From: Pyrobaculum aerophilum str. IM2
GTDB lineage: Archaea; Thermoproteota; Thermoprotei; Thermoproteales; Thermoproteaceae
Length of the DNA: 32,000 bases
Direction of reading: 5' to 3'
Assembly (NCBI RefSeq): GCF_000007225.1
Contig: NC_003364.1
Span: 480,001 to 512,000 of the forward strand
This document shows positions 16,681 through 24,344 of the stretch, one piece after another. The position numbers and the translations under genes are program-made. Numbering within the stretch: the stretch's first letter is position 1; every line of letters starts with the position of its first letter. The notes beneath the pieces were generated by a model that did not search any database, had not been told where the DNA came from, and worked only from the letters and a program-made list of their open reading frames with translations.

Positions 16681-16855
16681 CGACGAGAAGGCCCTAGTGT
16701 TGGCCGCTCTCCTCGGCGATGGGGCAATAAGGGAGAAGAGGGGGAGCATAACGCTAACCGCAAGACATCTACTCGCCCTGGCCAAGTACAAGGGGGCAGG
16801 CTGGGAGTTGTTGAGGTGGTACGCCGAGGTGATGAAAGAGTCGGCAGAGCTTTAA
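16670..16855 (+). pseudogene. out-of-frame continuation of the giant ORF (frame open from 16640); would be fused by a 1-nt contraction of the G11 run or a +1 frameshift
   Basis: The second frame opens at 16640, runs through the G-run and reads ...GGGVIAGVKLNDEKALVLAALLGDGAIREKRGSITLTARH...SAEL. It has no independent promoter or ATG (only GTG at 16670). Confidence 0.5.
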
Positions 16856-16918
16856 GCCCACTTTAAATCTACGGTTAGGAGAGAAAATCTAAAAACACGA
16901 CGGAAAATATGGAGTGAG

Positions 16919-17029
16919 GCGCCGGTTGCTCAGCCCGGCCGGAGTTCCCAGGGGCAAAGCCTCGCGTAAGCCTCATAAGCGGGTCCCGGGTTCAGGCATT
17001 GTCGCCTAGAATTACCGGCCGGGGCACCA
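16919..17029 (+). tRNA. tRNA-Met/Ile2(CAU)-like sequence with two introns; aberrant fold, possibly chimeric or a pseudogene
   Basis: GCGCCGG-TT-GCTC-AGCCCGGCCG-GAGT-T-CCC[intron 16950-16969]GC-CTCATAA-GCGGG-TC-CCGGG-TTCA[16995-17010]ATT-ACCGG-CCGGGGC-A-CCA. Problems are a G3:G70 mismatch, a G53:A61 mismatch and only 2 nt of variable region. The 3' 15 nt belong to the 38-bp repeat. A promoter-like 'tctaaaaa' lies at 16888-16895. Confidence 0.45.
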
Positions 17030-17052
17030 CCATTTTTCTAATAATTCTTTAG
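17015..17052 (+). repeat. right copy of the exact 38-bp direct repeat
   Basis: Identical to 7931-7968. Flanks diverge immediately upstream (c vs a) and downstream (c vs t), with only patchy similarity beyond. Confidence 0.95.
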
Positions 17053-17135
17053 TGGAGGTGTCGTAGAGTCTGCGCTGCGGCAAGTATTGTTAAAGGCTGT
17101 GTGCCGCGTTTTTATATCGGCGAGTTGCGTGGCGC

Positions 17136-17468
17136 TTAGTGTTTAGGCGTTCCTTGTGCGTGTGCATCCTCTTCGCATTCGAATTTTAAAGTGCCTTTAG
17201 TCAAGGCGCGGTAAACGACACACTTTTCCTCTTGGCCTGTACATTTAGCTTTACATTTAATCTCGTAGCCCTCTATTTCACATTCCATTTCAAAGGGCCG
17301 TCCTTCCATGTCTATATAACGTATGCCTATGCCGTAGGCCAGCGCCGCTAGCATGAGATCTATTGGCCTTAAGCCAGTGATGTCTATCTCTCTATCTCCT
17401 ACAATCATTCTCTCGGGCGTGGCTAATATTTTTATCGAATTGCCCCTCTTGTGCATAACAAGGCGCAC
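17136..17468 (-). CDS. small OsmC/Ohr-like protein
   Basis: 110 aa. 'GLRPIDLMLAALAYGIG' resembles the OsmC-family P-x-E-L-L-L-A-A-L-A core. It overlaps the upstream gene's end by 37 nt if Met1 is used; Met at 17408 would remove the overlap. Confidence 0.5.
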   Translation of the reverse strand: MRLVMHKRGNSIKILATPERMIVGDREIDITGLRPIDLMLAALAYGIGIRYIDMEGRPFEMECEIEGYEIKCKAKCTGQEEKCVVYRALTKGTLKFECEEDAHAQGTPKH

Positions 17469-18328
17469 GCCCCGCAGCCCGTACAGTTATTTAGTATCTG
17501 CGGCACGCCGAGGGAGGTTGGAACAATTGCTGGACACTTGGTTTTAAGACAATCGCCGCATTTATCGCATAAATCTGGATCCACTACATATTTCTTTTTC
17601 TCGTAGGCGTATCCAGTAATGCGGCTTTGGAGGAAATTACACACATCGCCCGGCTCATCTAGAATTACGACATACCCCCCCATCTCGGCCACTTTGGCCG
17701 TGAGGAAGTCGCGGGTTTTGGCTACTGCTATTACAGGACCCGCCTTATAGCCCCCAATTAAAATGCCCAGGGCTATGGCGGCGGCTTTAAGCGGGGGCAA
17801 GTAGACGTCTACTATTTCTGCCACTTCTGCCGGCTCGTGCCACGTCGGAATCACCATGTAATCTGGCCGCGAGGCGGCGCTTGGGGAGAGCCTGACGTCA
17901 GAGACTACTACTGGCACCGCGTTTAACATTTTGAGTTGTGTATAGAGACAAGACATTAGGGGGAGGAGCGGATGTCCTACCTCCACCTTCTCGCCTCCCC
18001 GCGCCCATCTCCACGGCGACATATAGTGTTTATTAAATGTGGAGACTCTGCGGTTTGCAGTCGCGGGCCTAGGCCCCTCGTAGCCCACAGGAATTGAGTA
18101 TATTTCAGAATAATCGACTGCCTTTTCGGCGTCGTTAAAACACGGCAAATCGGGGGGACACGGCGTAATGAGGAGGGCCCCCCACACTGCGCCTTCAACT
18201 GCCCTTAGAGCCTCTCTGCTGGGCCGCGCCTCTACTAATACTTGTCTAAATGTTATTGAGAGGCCGACGCCGATTGCGAATCTTTCGTCGTCGGTATAAG
18301 AAGGGTCGCTTATAATGAATTCAACCAC
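17432..18328 (-). CDS. uncharacterised protein with C-terminal 2x[4Fe-4S] ferredoxin-type domain
   Basis: 298 aa. The C-terminus 'CDKCGDCLKTKCPAI...CTGCGACALLCTRGAI' contains two CxxCxxCxxxC(P) motifs. I do not recognise the ~240-aa N-terminal part. Confidence 0.65.
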   Translation of the reverse strand: MVEFIISDPSYTDDERFAIGVGLSITFRQVLVEARPSREALRAVEGAVWGALLITPCPPDLPCFNDAEKAVDYSEIYSIPVGYEGPRPATANRRVSTFNKHYMSPWRWARGGEKVEVGHPLLPLMSCLYTQLKMLNAVPVVVSDVRLSPSAASRPDYMVIPTWHEPAEVAEIVDVYLPPLKAAAIALGILIGGYKAGPVIAVAKTRDFLTAKVAEMGGYVVILDEPGDVCNFLQSRITGYAYEKKKYVVDPDLCDKCGDCLKTKCPAIVPTSLGVPQILNNCTGCGACALLCTRGAIR

Positions 18329-18340
18329 AGTGCGGGGCTT

Positions 18341-18742
18341 TCACCTTATTTTAAGTTTAATCACGAGTTTTTTGAGCGCATTCTTTTCGCCCGGAAAGTG
18401 GTCCAGCGGCTTTGGACCGTTTATTTGAACCCAGAGGCACTTCTCCGAGAGGTAGATCTCTCCCGTTTTTAAATTTAAGACGAGGGGGTACATTTTACAT
18501 GACAGCGGTTTTTTCTCATGTGTAGTACACTTCCCCTTGTAGAAGGGACACCACCCCTCGATAATCCACTTGTAAAGCTTTACTCCGTTGTACTCGCCGT
18601 ATTCTTTAAAAGTGAGCTTAACGCCTATATTCTCGGCCTCCTTTAAAAGAGTTGGTATTTCTTCTTCCAGGACTACTGGCATTTCATCTATACTGTTAAA
18701 TTTACAACAATCAGCGGGGCAGCCCACGGGACATGTGAACAC
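18341..18742 (-). CDS. YkgJ/UPF0153-like Cys-cluster (putative Zn/Fe-chelating) protein
   Basis: 133 aa. It has an N-terminal 'CPVGCPADCC' cluster plus 'WCPFYKGKCTTHEKKPLSCKMYP'. First gene of a three-gene minus-strand operon. Confidence 0.5.
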   Translation of the reverse strand: MFTCPVGCPADCCKFNSIDEMPVVLEEEIPTLLKEAENIGVKLTFKEYGEYNGVKLYKWIIEGWCPFYKGKCTTHEKKPLSCKMYPLVLNLKTGEIYLSEKCLWVQINGPKPLDHFPGEKNALKKLVIKLKIR

Positions 18743-19072
18743 ATGTGGGTATTGCGTAGCTTATTTAAACCCTATGGCGCTTCAAATAAGCAAATTATAT
18801 TCTCGATATTTGTCAATATATTTATATCTCAAACCCTCTTTGCTATTTGTAAATTTAATTGTATAAAGGGTAGTCTTTAAATATGTCCTTAATCTCAGTG
18901 GTTCCAGTAAAATAACTAGAAAGGCATTTAAAATAAATTAAAGAAAAATTTAAAAATGTTTTCATCTTCATGATGCCATGAAGAAGGAGAAGAAAGAGGA
19001 GAAAAAGGAGGAGAAAAAGAAATAATAGAGTAGGGCGCTAAGATTTTTAAAACCCCCTTTCTTTTTCCCTCT
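18743..19072. promoter_or_regulatory. unusually long, very A/T-rich divergent intergenic region
   Basis: About 330 bp between divergent operons. It contains the hairpin CTTCATG-atgc-CATGAAG (18967-18984) and a purine tract (GAA/GAG)n at 18978-19025. Confidence 0.5.
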
Positions 19073-19384
19073 ATGGTTAAGGTCATCGATATCGGCAGAG
19101 TTGTAGTTAAAGTTCTGGGGAGGGAGGCCGGCAGGAAGGCCGTTGTTGTGGATATCGTAGATGAAAATTACGTGGTAATCACAGGGCCTAAGCCCATTAC
19201 TGGCGTAAAGAGGAGGAGAGTAAATATTAACCACATTGAGCCTACTGACAAAAAAATTGACATTAAGAGAGGGGCGTCTGACGACGAAGTCGCCAAGGCC
19301 ATAGAGGCAGCGGGGCTTGTTGAGTACATGCGCGAAAGGGTAAAGCCAAGCTTCGTGGGTATTACTAAGGCTGAGACTAAGTGA
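19073..19384 (+). CDS. rpl14e: 50S ribosomal protein L14e
   Basis: 103 aa. '[32 protein letters not shown]' is a KOW-type motif typical of archaeal L14e. Confidence 0.85.
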   Translation: MVKVIDIGRVVVKVLGREAGRKAVVVDIVDENYVVITGPKPITGVKRRRVNINHIEPTDKKIDIKRGASDDEVAKAIEAAGLVEYMRERVKPSFVGITKAETK

Positions 19385-20382
19385 AGTGCCCTTCGAGAGA
19401 GGTTTTTAGTAAGTTTGAGGAGTCGACTAATCCCCAGTGGGGTAAGCCGCCTTCTCAAAGGTCAACTGAGGAGTATATTAAATACTCGCTGGTTATATTA
19501 GACAAGCCCAGAGGGCCTAGTAGCCATGAAGTCGCCGCTTGGGTTAAAAAGATATTAGGCGTGGAAAGAGCAGGCCACGCGGGCACTCTCGATCCCAAGG
19601 TTTCGGGGGTTTTGCCTATTGCAATAGCTGAGGGCACTAAGGTCTTAATGGCCCTTTCTAGATCTGACAAGGTATACGTGGCAGTGGCTAAATTCCACGG
19701 AGATGTGGACGAGGATAAGTTAAGGGCTGTGCTACAAGAGTTCCAGGGAGTGATTTATCAAAAGCCGCCTTTACGCTCGGCTGTGAAAAGGCAACTGCGT
19801 ACTCGCCGTGTTTATTCGCTGGATTTGCTGGAACTAGACGGCAGATATGCAGTTATTAAAATGCATGTCGAAGCTGGCACTTATGCGCGGAAAATTATTC
19901 ACGACATAGGTGAGGTCTTAGGCGTTGGGGCAAATATGCGCGAGCTCAGGCGTATTGCGGTGTCTTGCTACACAGAGGATGAGGCTGTGACGTTGCAAGA
20001 TATTGCAGACGCGTATTATATATGGAAACATTACGGCGACGACACTTATCTCAGGAGAGTGCTACTCCCAATTGAGGAAATCGCCAGGCACCTCCCTAAA
20101 ATCTGGGTGCGCGACAGCGCAGTCGATGCCATTTGCAACGGCGCGCCGCTGGCGGCCCCCGGCATTTCTAAATTTGAGACGCCTTTTTCTAAGGGGGATT
20201 TAGTGGCCATGTTTACATTAAAGGGTGAGTTAATTGGCATTGGCAGGGCGTTGGTAGGCTCAGAGGAGGTTAAAAAAATGGAGAGGGGATTAGTCGCCCG
20301 TACGGACAGAGTTGTTATGCGCCGGGGTACATATCCAGCGATGTGGAAAAGAAAAGCGAAAAGTCAAAGCGATTCGGCGTAA
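19381..20382 (+). CDS. cbf5: H/ACA RNP pseudouridine synthase Cbf5 (TruB family)
   Basis: The GTG start overlaps the rpl14e stop (GTGA). '[16 protein letters not shown]' is the catalytic Asp motif, and the C-terminus is PUA-like. Confidence 0.9.
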   Translation: MKCPSREVFSKFEESTNPQWGKPPSQRSTEEYIKYSLVILDKPRGPSSHEVAAWVKKILGVERAGHAGTLDPKVSGVLPIAIAEGTKVLMALSRSDKVYVAVAKFHGDVDEDKLRAVLQEFQGVIYQKPPLRSAVKRQLRTRRVYSLDLLELDGRYAVIKMHVEAGTYARKIIHDIGEVLGVGANMRELRRIAVSCYTEDEAVTLQDIADAYYIWKHYGDDTYLRRVLLPIEEIARHLPKIWVRDSAVDAICNGAPLAAPGISKFETPFSKGDLVAMFTLKGELIGIGRALVGSEEVKKMERGLVARTDRVVMRRGTYPAMWKRKAKSQSDSA

Positions 20383-20454
20383 GGGTATAATACAGAGCGC
20401 TACGGCGGCTTAACGGGCAGTAAAAACTTAAAAGTAAATGATGTTATAATAAAC

Positions 20455-20748
20455 GTGGGGCAACGTCCTCCAATTCGCCGCATAGTTATAGACGCGGCAA
20501 TCCCCACTAAGGGGATTACCATTGTGGACGTGGCTAAAGAACTTTACAAAGTAGAGGGGGTCAAGGCTGTGCGTATAACTGTTGACGACGTAGATGTAGA
20601 CGTATTGGGTCTTGCCATAGTGGTAGAGGGCGTTGATATAGATTACAACGAACTGGAAGACGTCTTGGAGAAAGTAGGCGGAGTGGTGCACTCAGTTGAC
20701 GAGGTAGTTGTCGGCGAGTATATCCCTGAGGCGGGAAGGACGGCGTGA
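20455..20748 (+). CDS. DUF211 (COG1888)-like small protein
   Basis: 97 aa, GTG start. 'IRRIVIDAAIP...ITVDDVDVDVLGLAIVVEGVDIDYNELEDVLEKVGGVVHSVDEV' matches my memory of the DUF211 pattern. Confidence 0.55.
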   Translation: MGQRPPIRRIVIDAAIPTKGITIVDVAKELYKVEGVKAVRITVDDVDVDVLGLAIVVEGVDIDYNELEDVLEKVGGVVHSVDEVVVGEYIPEAGRTA

Positions 20749-21239
20749 GGTATCTAGTACTCGGCGCAATAGACGGGATTATTACCGCGGGCACGCTCTC
20801 CGCCTCGTTGTTATTAAAAGGCGGCCAGATAAGCCTCGACTTAGCCCTTTCTATTGCCGTAGTGGTGGCCACTATTAATTCCTTGACAGTGTTCGTGGCT
20901 GAGTACTCACATCAAATGAAAGAGGTCAGGGAGTACGCATACAAACTGTCGCTTAAAGAAGAGCAGAGGGGCTGGACTTTACTACACACCCGCGCTCTCT
21001 ACTCCACCGCCCTCTCGGCTCTGGCGAATTTCGCGGCGTCTTTTTCAGGGGCGTTGATAATTTTAATACCTGCCTATTTCACGCCGCATGTAGCTATGGC
21101 GGCCGTGGCGGCGGCCATTATAGCGACTAGTCTTGTGCTGGCTGGGCGCTCATGGAGGGAGTTTGTTGAGCTCGCAATTATGATATCGCTGGCAGTTGCC
21201 GCGGGGCTGACAGTGGGGCTTATGTTTCCAATTATTTAA
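20745..21239 (+). CDS. VIT1/CCC1-like (COG1814) membrane protein
   Basis: 164 aa. It has an N-terminal 'LGAIDGIITAGTLSA' and several hydrophobic helices, and its start overlaps the DUF211-like gene's stop. Confidence 0.45.
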   Translation: MRYLVLGAIDGIITAGTLSASLLLKGGQISLDLALSIAVVVATINSLTVFVAEYSHQMKEVREYAYKLSLKEEQRGWTLLHTRALYSTALSALANFAASFSGALIILIPAYFTPHVAMAAVAAAIIATSLVLAGRSWREFVELAIMISLAVAAGLTVGLMFPII

Positions 21240-21259
21240 ATACTCAAACACGTAGGGAC

Positions 21260-21718
21260 GTGGCCACCTTACCCATAGAGTATCTCAGAACCACCCGCTT
21301 GTTTAGAGAGAGGGTAGGAGACGTTGAGCTTATTTCGTTTGAAGTCCCTGTGCATAAGTATTTCTCGAGAAATGAAATACCGTATCTCGCCACGGCTCTA
21401 GATGTAGATCTCCGCAAGATGGAAAACATGATCGCCGATATGAAATACGGCAGAGTCGCCGTAGAGAAGCTCTGGGCGTATAGGCTAGACGCCGATGTTT
21501 TACGCGAGAACAAAAAGGTGTTGTTGCCAGATCTCGCCAGCAACCCCGTTGATGGAGAAGTAGACGAGCTAGAAGACGCGAAGATCATAAAGATACACAT
21601 CGGCCCGCTGAGGGAATACATTAGAATTTTCGTAAGGCCAAGACAGGGATTTAGAGAAGTCATAGTGTACAGAAAACCCCCGCATCCCGCCTTAATTAGA
21701 TACGTGGCGTATTTATGA
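21260..21718 (+). CDS. hypothetical protein
   Basis: 152 aa, GTG start. The stop overlaps the next gene's ATG (ATGA). I prefer it over the antisense ORF 21244-21759, which is Ser-rich and low complexity. Confidence 0.55.
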   Translation: MATLPIEYLRTTRLFRERVGDVELISFEVPVHKYFSRNEIPYLATALDVDLRKMENMIADMKYGRVAVEKLWAYRLDADVLRENKKVLLPDLASNPVDGEVDELEDAKIIKIHIGPLREYIRIFVRPRQGFREVIVYRKPPHPALIRYVAYL

Positions 21719-22647
21719 AAGTGGCGGTTGTGGGAATTGGGGGGTGGGGGAAAAATCACTTACGCGTAGTGGCGCAATTAAGAGGCGAGGGGTTAGTAGA
21801 TACAATATACGCCGTGGATATTGACGAGTCTAGGCTGAGATGGGCAGAAAAAGTATACGGCGCAGTGGCGGTGAGGGGCGTTGACGCCGCCGCCAATATA
21901 GACGTCGACGCGGCCATTGTGGCAACCCCCACTACGTTACACGCTGCCCACGCCTCTGTATTTCTCTCAAGGGGGATACCGACGCTGGTGGAAAAGCCCT
22001 TTGCCGCGAGCCTCCAAGAGGCGTATCAATTAATTGATATCGCCGGCAAGACGCTCGTGAGTACGGGGTATTTACTGCGTTTTCACCAAGGCGTGAGATA
22101 CGTTAAGAACAACTTAGACAAGCTGGGCCGCTTCCTCACGGCATATGGCAAGAGGACATCTAGGTGGCCGTTGAGGCCGGGCGATGTGGGCGTGGTAAAA
22201 GATTTGGCGATACACGACATTGATTTAGTCACTTATATCACCGGTCTGAGGGCGACTTCCGTATACGCCTCCGGCGGGTCTACTAGGGGCATGTATGAGG
22301 ATCATGTACAGATTTTCTCACATTACGACGGAGCCTCGGCTATTTACGAGGCCAACTGGCTGACGCCGTATAAATTCAGAAAACTGGAGCTCACAGGTGA
22401 GCAGGGCATATTTATTGTGGATTTCGCTACTGACGAAATATACTTTTACGGCGAAGAGGGAGTCTACCGTCCCAGGCTTGAAATAGCCGAGCCCCTCCTC
22501 ATACAAGACAGAGAGTTTCTCAAGGCGGCTTCCGGCAGAGGCGGCGAGGTGGTGAACAGAGAGGACATTATATACACAATGAAATTCTGTGAGGCGGCCA
22601 TCCTGTCAATAAAAACTGGGAGGGCAGTCAGTCTCGGCGATTTATAA
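21715..22647 (+). CDS. Gfo/Idh/MocA-family NAD(P)-dependent oxidoreductase
   Basis: N-terminal Rossmann motif 'MKVAVVGIGGWGKNHLR' and 'EKP' motif ('TLVEKPFA'). Confidence 0.8.
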   Translation: MKVAVVGIGGWGKNHLRVVAQLRGEGLVDTIYAVDIDESRLRWAEKVYGAVAVRGVDAAANIDVDAAIVATPTTLHAAHASVFLSRGIPTLVEKPFAASLQEAYQLIDIAGKTLVSTGYLLRFHQGVRYVKNNLDKLGRFLTAYGKRTSRWPLRPGDVGVVKDLAIHDIDLVTYITGLRATSVYASGGSTRGMYEDHVQIFSHYDGASAIYEANWLTPYKFRKLELTGEQGIFIVDFATDEIYFYGEEGVYRPRLEIAEPLLIQDREFLKAASGRGGEVVNREDIIYTMKFCEAAILSIKTGRAVSLGDL

Positions 22648-22706
22648 AGACGTATACTTAGTCCTTTTTACGGGTTGGCCATTTTTAAAAAAGAGCCCAC
22701 AAGTGT

Positions 22707-23252
22707 ATGAAACCCGGCGAAGAGCTGGACCTCATAGAGTTGGACAAGTTGGACATGGGCAAGGATTTCAAAATAATTTTGTCGAGGGTATTGAACGGGT
22801 CTAATGTATATATAGTAGGCCCGCCCGGAAGCGGCAAGACGGCCATGCTCCGTAAACTAGGCCTCTACCTCTCAAGGGCGGGTAAAGACGTTGCATATGT
22901 AAAATTAGAGTGGGTAAAATACGGCTGGGATCTCGGCGAGTATATAAAACACTACGGCGTTAAAATAAAAGAATTTGTGGGCAATGACGGCGGAATGCAC
23001 AGCGCTATCGTCTTGCTCGATGACGGCGAGTTGTTGTGGAGTTATAGTTCTGCCTACAGAAACCTAATAAGGGATATTAGGGGGAGACAAATTATTGCGG
23101 CCTTTAGGGAATTTGACGCAGACACTGCTACATTACTCTTTGGAGATGGCTTTATCATGTATTTACAACGCAAGACAGCCACAAAGCCCCTGGTAAAAAC
23201 GCCCCTGGGGCTCGGTTTTATTGGCAAAACTGCGGAGGTCGTGGTGATTTAA
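22707..23252 (+). CDS. small P-loop ATPase (archaeal-ATPase-like), function unknown
   Basis: 181 aa. Walker A 'GPPGSGKTAM' and Walker B-like 'AIVLLDDGE'. Confidence 0.6.
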   Translation: MKPGEELDLIELDKLDMGKDFKIILSRVLNGSNVYIVGPPGSGKTAMLRKLGLYLSRAGKDVAYVKLEWVKYGWDLGEYIKHYGVKIKEFVGNDGGMHSAIVLLDDGELLWSYSSAYRNLIRDIRGRQIIAAFREFDADTATLLFGDGFIMYLQRKTATKPLVKTPLGLGFIGKTAEVVVI

Positions 23253-23830
23253 CTTGACACTAAGGGGAGCAGGGCTAGGAAATTATTAATGCCGTGTAGC
23301 GCCATGGCTGACACCACGCCGCCTCTCTTAAACGCAAATGTTAGTATAACTCCATAGACAAAGTAAAGAGGTATGAGATAAGGGAGGCCGTGGACTGCGG
23401 CGAATGCTAGAGAATTGCCCACATAACCCACTAAAGCCCCAGCCCTTTTTTCAAGCTCTGCGTACAGCATGGCGCGGAAGATTGTTTCTTCCACAAGCGG
23501 GGCGAGAACTACAGCGGTAATAAAAAAGTAAATTTTCCACTGGGGGCACTGGGCGAGTAATTGAAGTAGCGCCTCCGTCATTGCGTTATATCGGCTTAAC
23601 AGCGGCTCTAGGGCTAGCTCCACGGTCCATACGCCGGCGAACATTAACAGCGATATAGCGAAGTACTTTGGTTTAATTTTAAACGGCTTGGCGTAATAAA
23701 CAACGGGGATTAGGGCTAAGTACGCCGCGGCGAGCGAGGCGGGGATGCCACACTGTGGGAGCAACAAGGCGGCGAAGCCCATTGCGGTGAACATTATTGG
23801 CAACGACAAGGCGAGGATTAGTAAGCGCAT
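23249..23830 (-). CDS. CPBP-family intramembrane metalloprotease (CAAX protease/Abi-like)
   Basis: A polytopic membrane protein with 'EETIFRAMLY', 'FAAVHG' and 'HGINN' motifs. Confidence 0.8.
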   Translation of the reverse strand: MRLLILALSLPIMFTAMGFAALLLPQCGIPASLAAAYLALIPVVYYAKPFKIKPKYFAISLLMFAGVWTVELALEPLLSRYNAMTEALLQLLAQCPQWKIYFFITAVVLAPLVEETIFRAMLYAELEKRAGALVGYVGNSLAFAAVHGLPYLIPLYFVYGVILTFAFKRGGVVSAMALHGINNFLALLPLVSS

Positions 23831-23858
23831 ATATTTATAGATGTGAGGTATAAAAAAC

Positions 23859-24344
23859 GTGGAAATAGAGGTGGCCGCCTCTGCTGTCGGTAAAAAGAAG
23901 TTCTACATAGACGTGACAAATTGGGAAAAAGTAGAGAGGCACTACAGGCCCTTTTTAGTAAACGCAGGTTGGCCGCAGGGACTAACAAATAGCGTAAGAG
24001 ACATTAAGAGTTATATGGAAGAAATAGCCCAGATATATAAAGAGGCCGTTGAGGCCGCGGGGAGGGCTAGTAGGGATTTTGTGAAAAACGTGGCGAGGGT
24101 CTGGCCTCTGAGGTTTATACTCCCCACTAGGCTGGAGATAGGCGCAGAGGCTCTAAGAGAGGCTAGGGGTTATTGGGAGATAAAGACGCATATAGAGAAC
24201 GTATTGGGCAAAAAATTCCACGCGTGGGGAGAGGTGTATACGGGAAGAGTCGCCGTTGAGATAAAAAACGGCGTTGTGTACATAGGCGGGACTCCGTCTT
24301 TGGGCCATACATATCTCCAGCTAATTGGCGTATTTACCCTGTAG
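23859..24344 (+). CDS. hypothetical protein
   Basis: 161 aa, GTG start, no recognisable motif. Its 3' end overlaps the convergent gene by 11 nt. Confidence 0.5.
   Translation: MEIEVAASAVGKKKFYIDVTNWEKVERHYRPFLVNAGWPQGLTNSVRDIKSYMEEIAQIYKEAVEAAGRASRDFVKNVARVWPLRFILPTRLEIGAEALREARGYWEIKTHIENVLGKKFHAWGEVYTGRVAVEIKNGVVYIGGTPSLGHTYLQLIGVFTL

Larger units (their letters stand above)
7931..17052. mobile_element. putative captured/integrated segment bounded by tRNA-derived direct repeats (no integrase seen)
   Basis: 38-bp direct repeats at both ends. G+C content jumps immediately inside the left repeat. The content is a single giant ORF plus a tRNA-like sequence. Confidence 0.4.

Noticed and set aside
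18880-18990. Possible C/D-box sRNA ('ATGATGC', and 'GATGAA...CTGA' on the minus strand).
   Set aside because: The boxes deviate from RUGAUGA/CUGA, the spacing is ~70 nt rather than ~12-nt guides, and there is no C'/D' pair.
18743-19072. Possible replication origin, given the A/T-rich region and 'CAGTGG' reminiscent of an ORB core.
   Set aside because: There is only one partial ORB-like hit, no inverted or repeated ORB elements, and no orc1/cdc6 gene nearby.
18968-19234. 88-aa minus-strand ORF (FFFSSFFSSFFSFF...).
   Set aside because: It is the antisense of the purine tract and of the rpl14e 5' end, and is low complexity.
21244-21759. 171-aa minus-strand ORF opposite 21260-21718.
   Set aside because: The plus-strand ORF is translationally coupled (ATGA) to the downstream oxidoreductase gene and has normal composition. 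The minus ORF is Ser-rich and would overlap the next gene's start.
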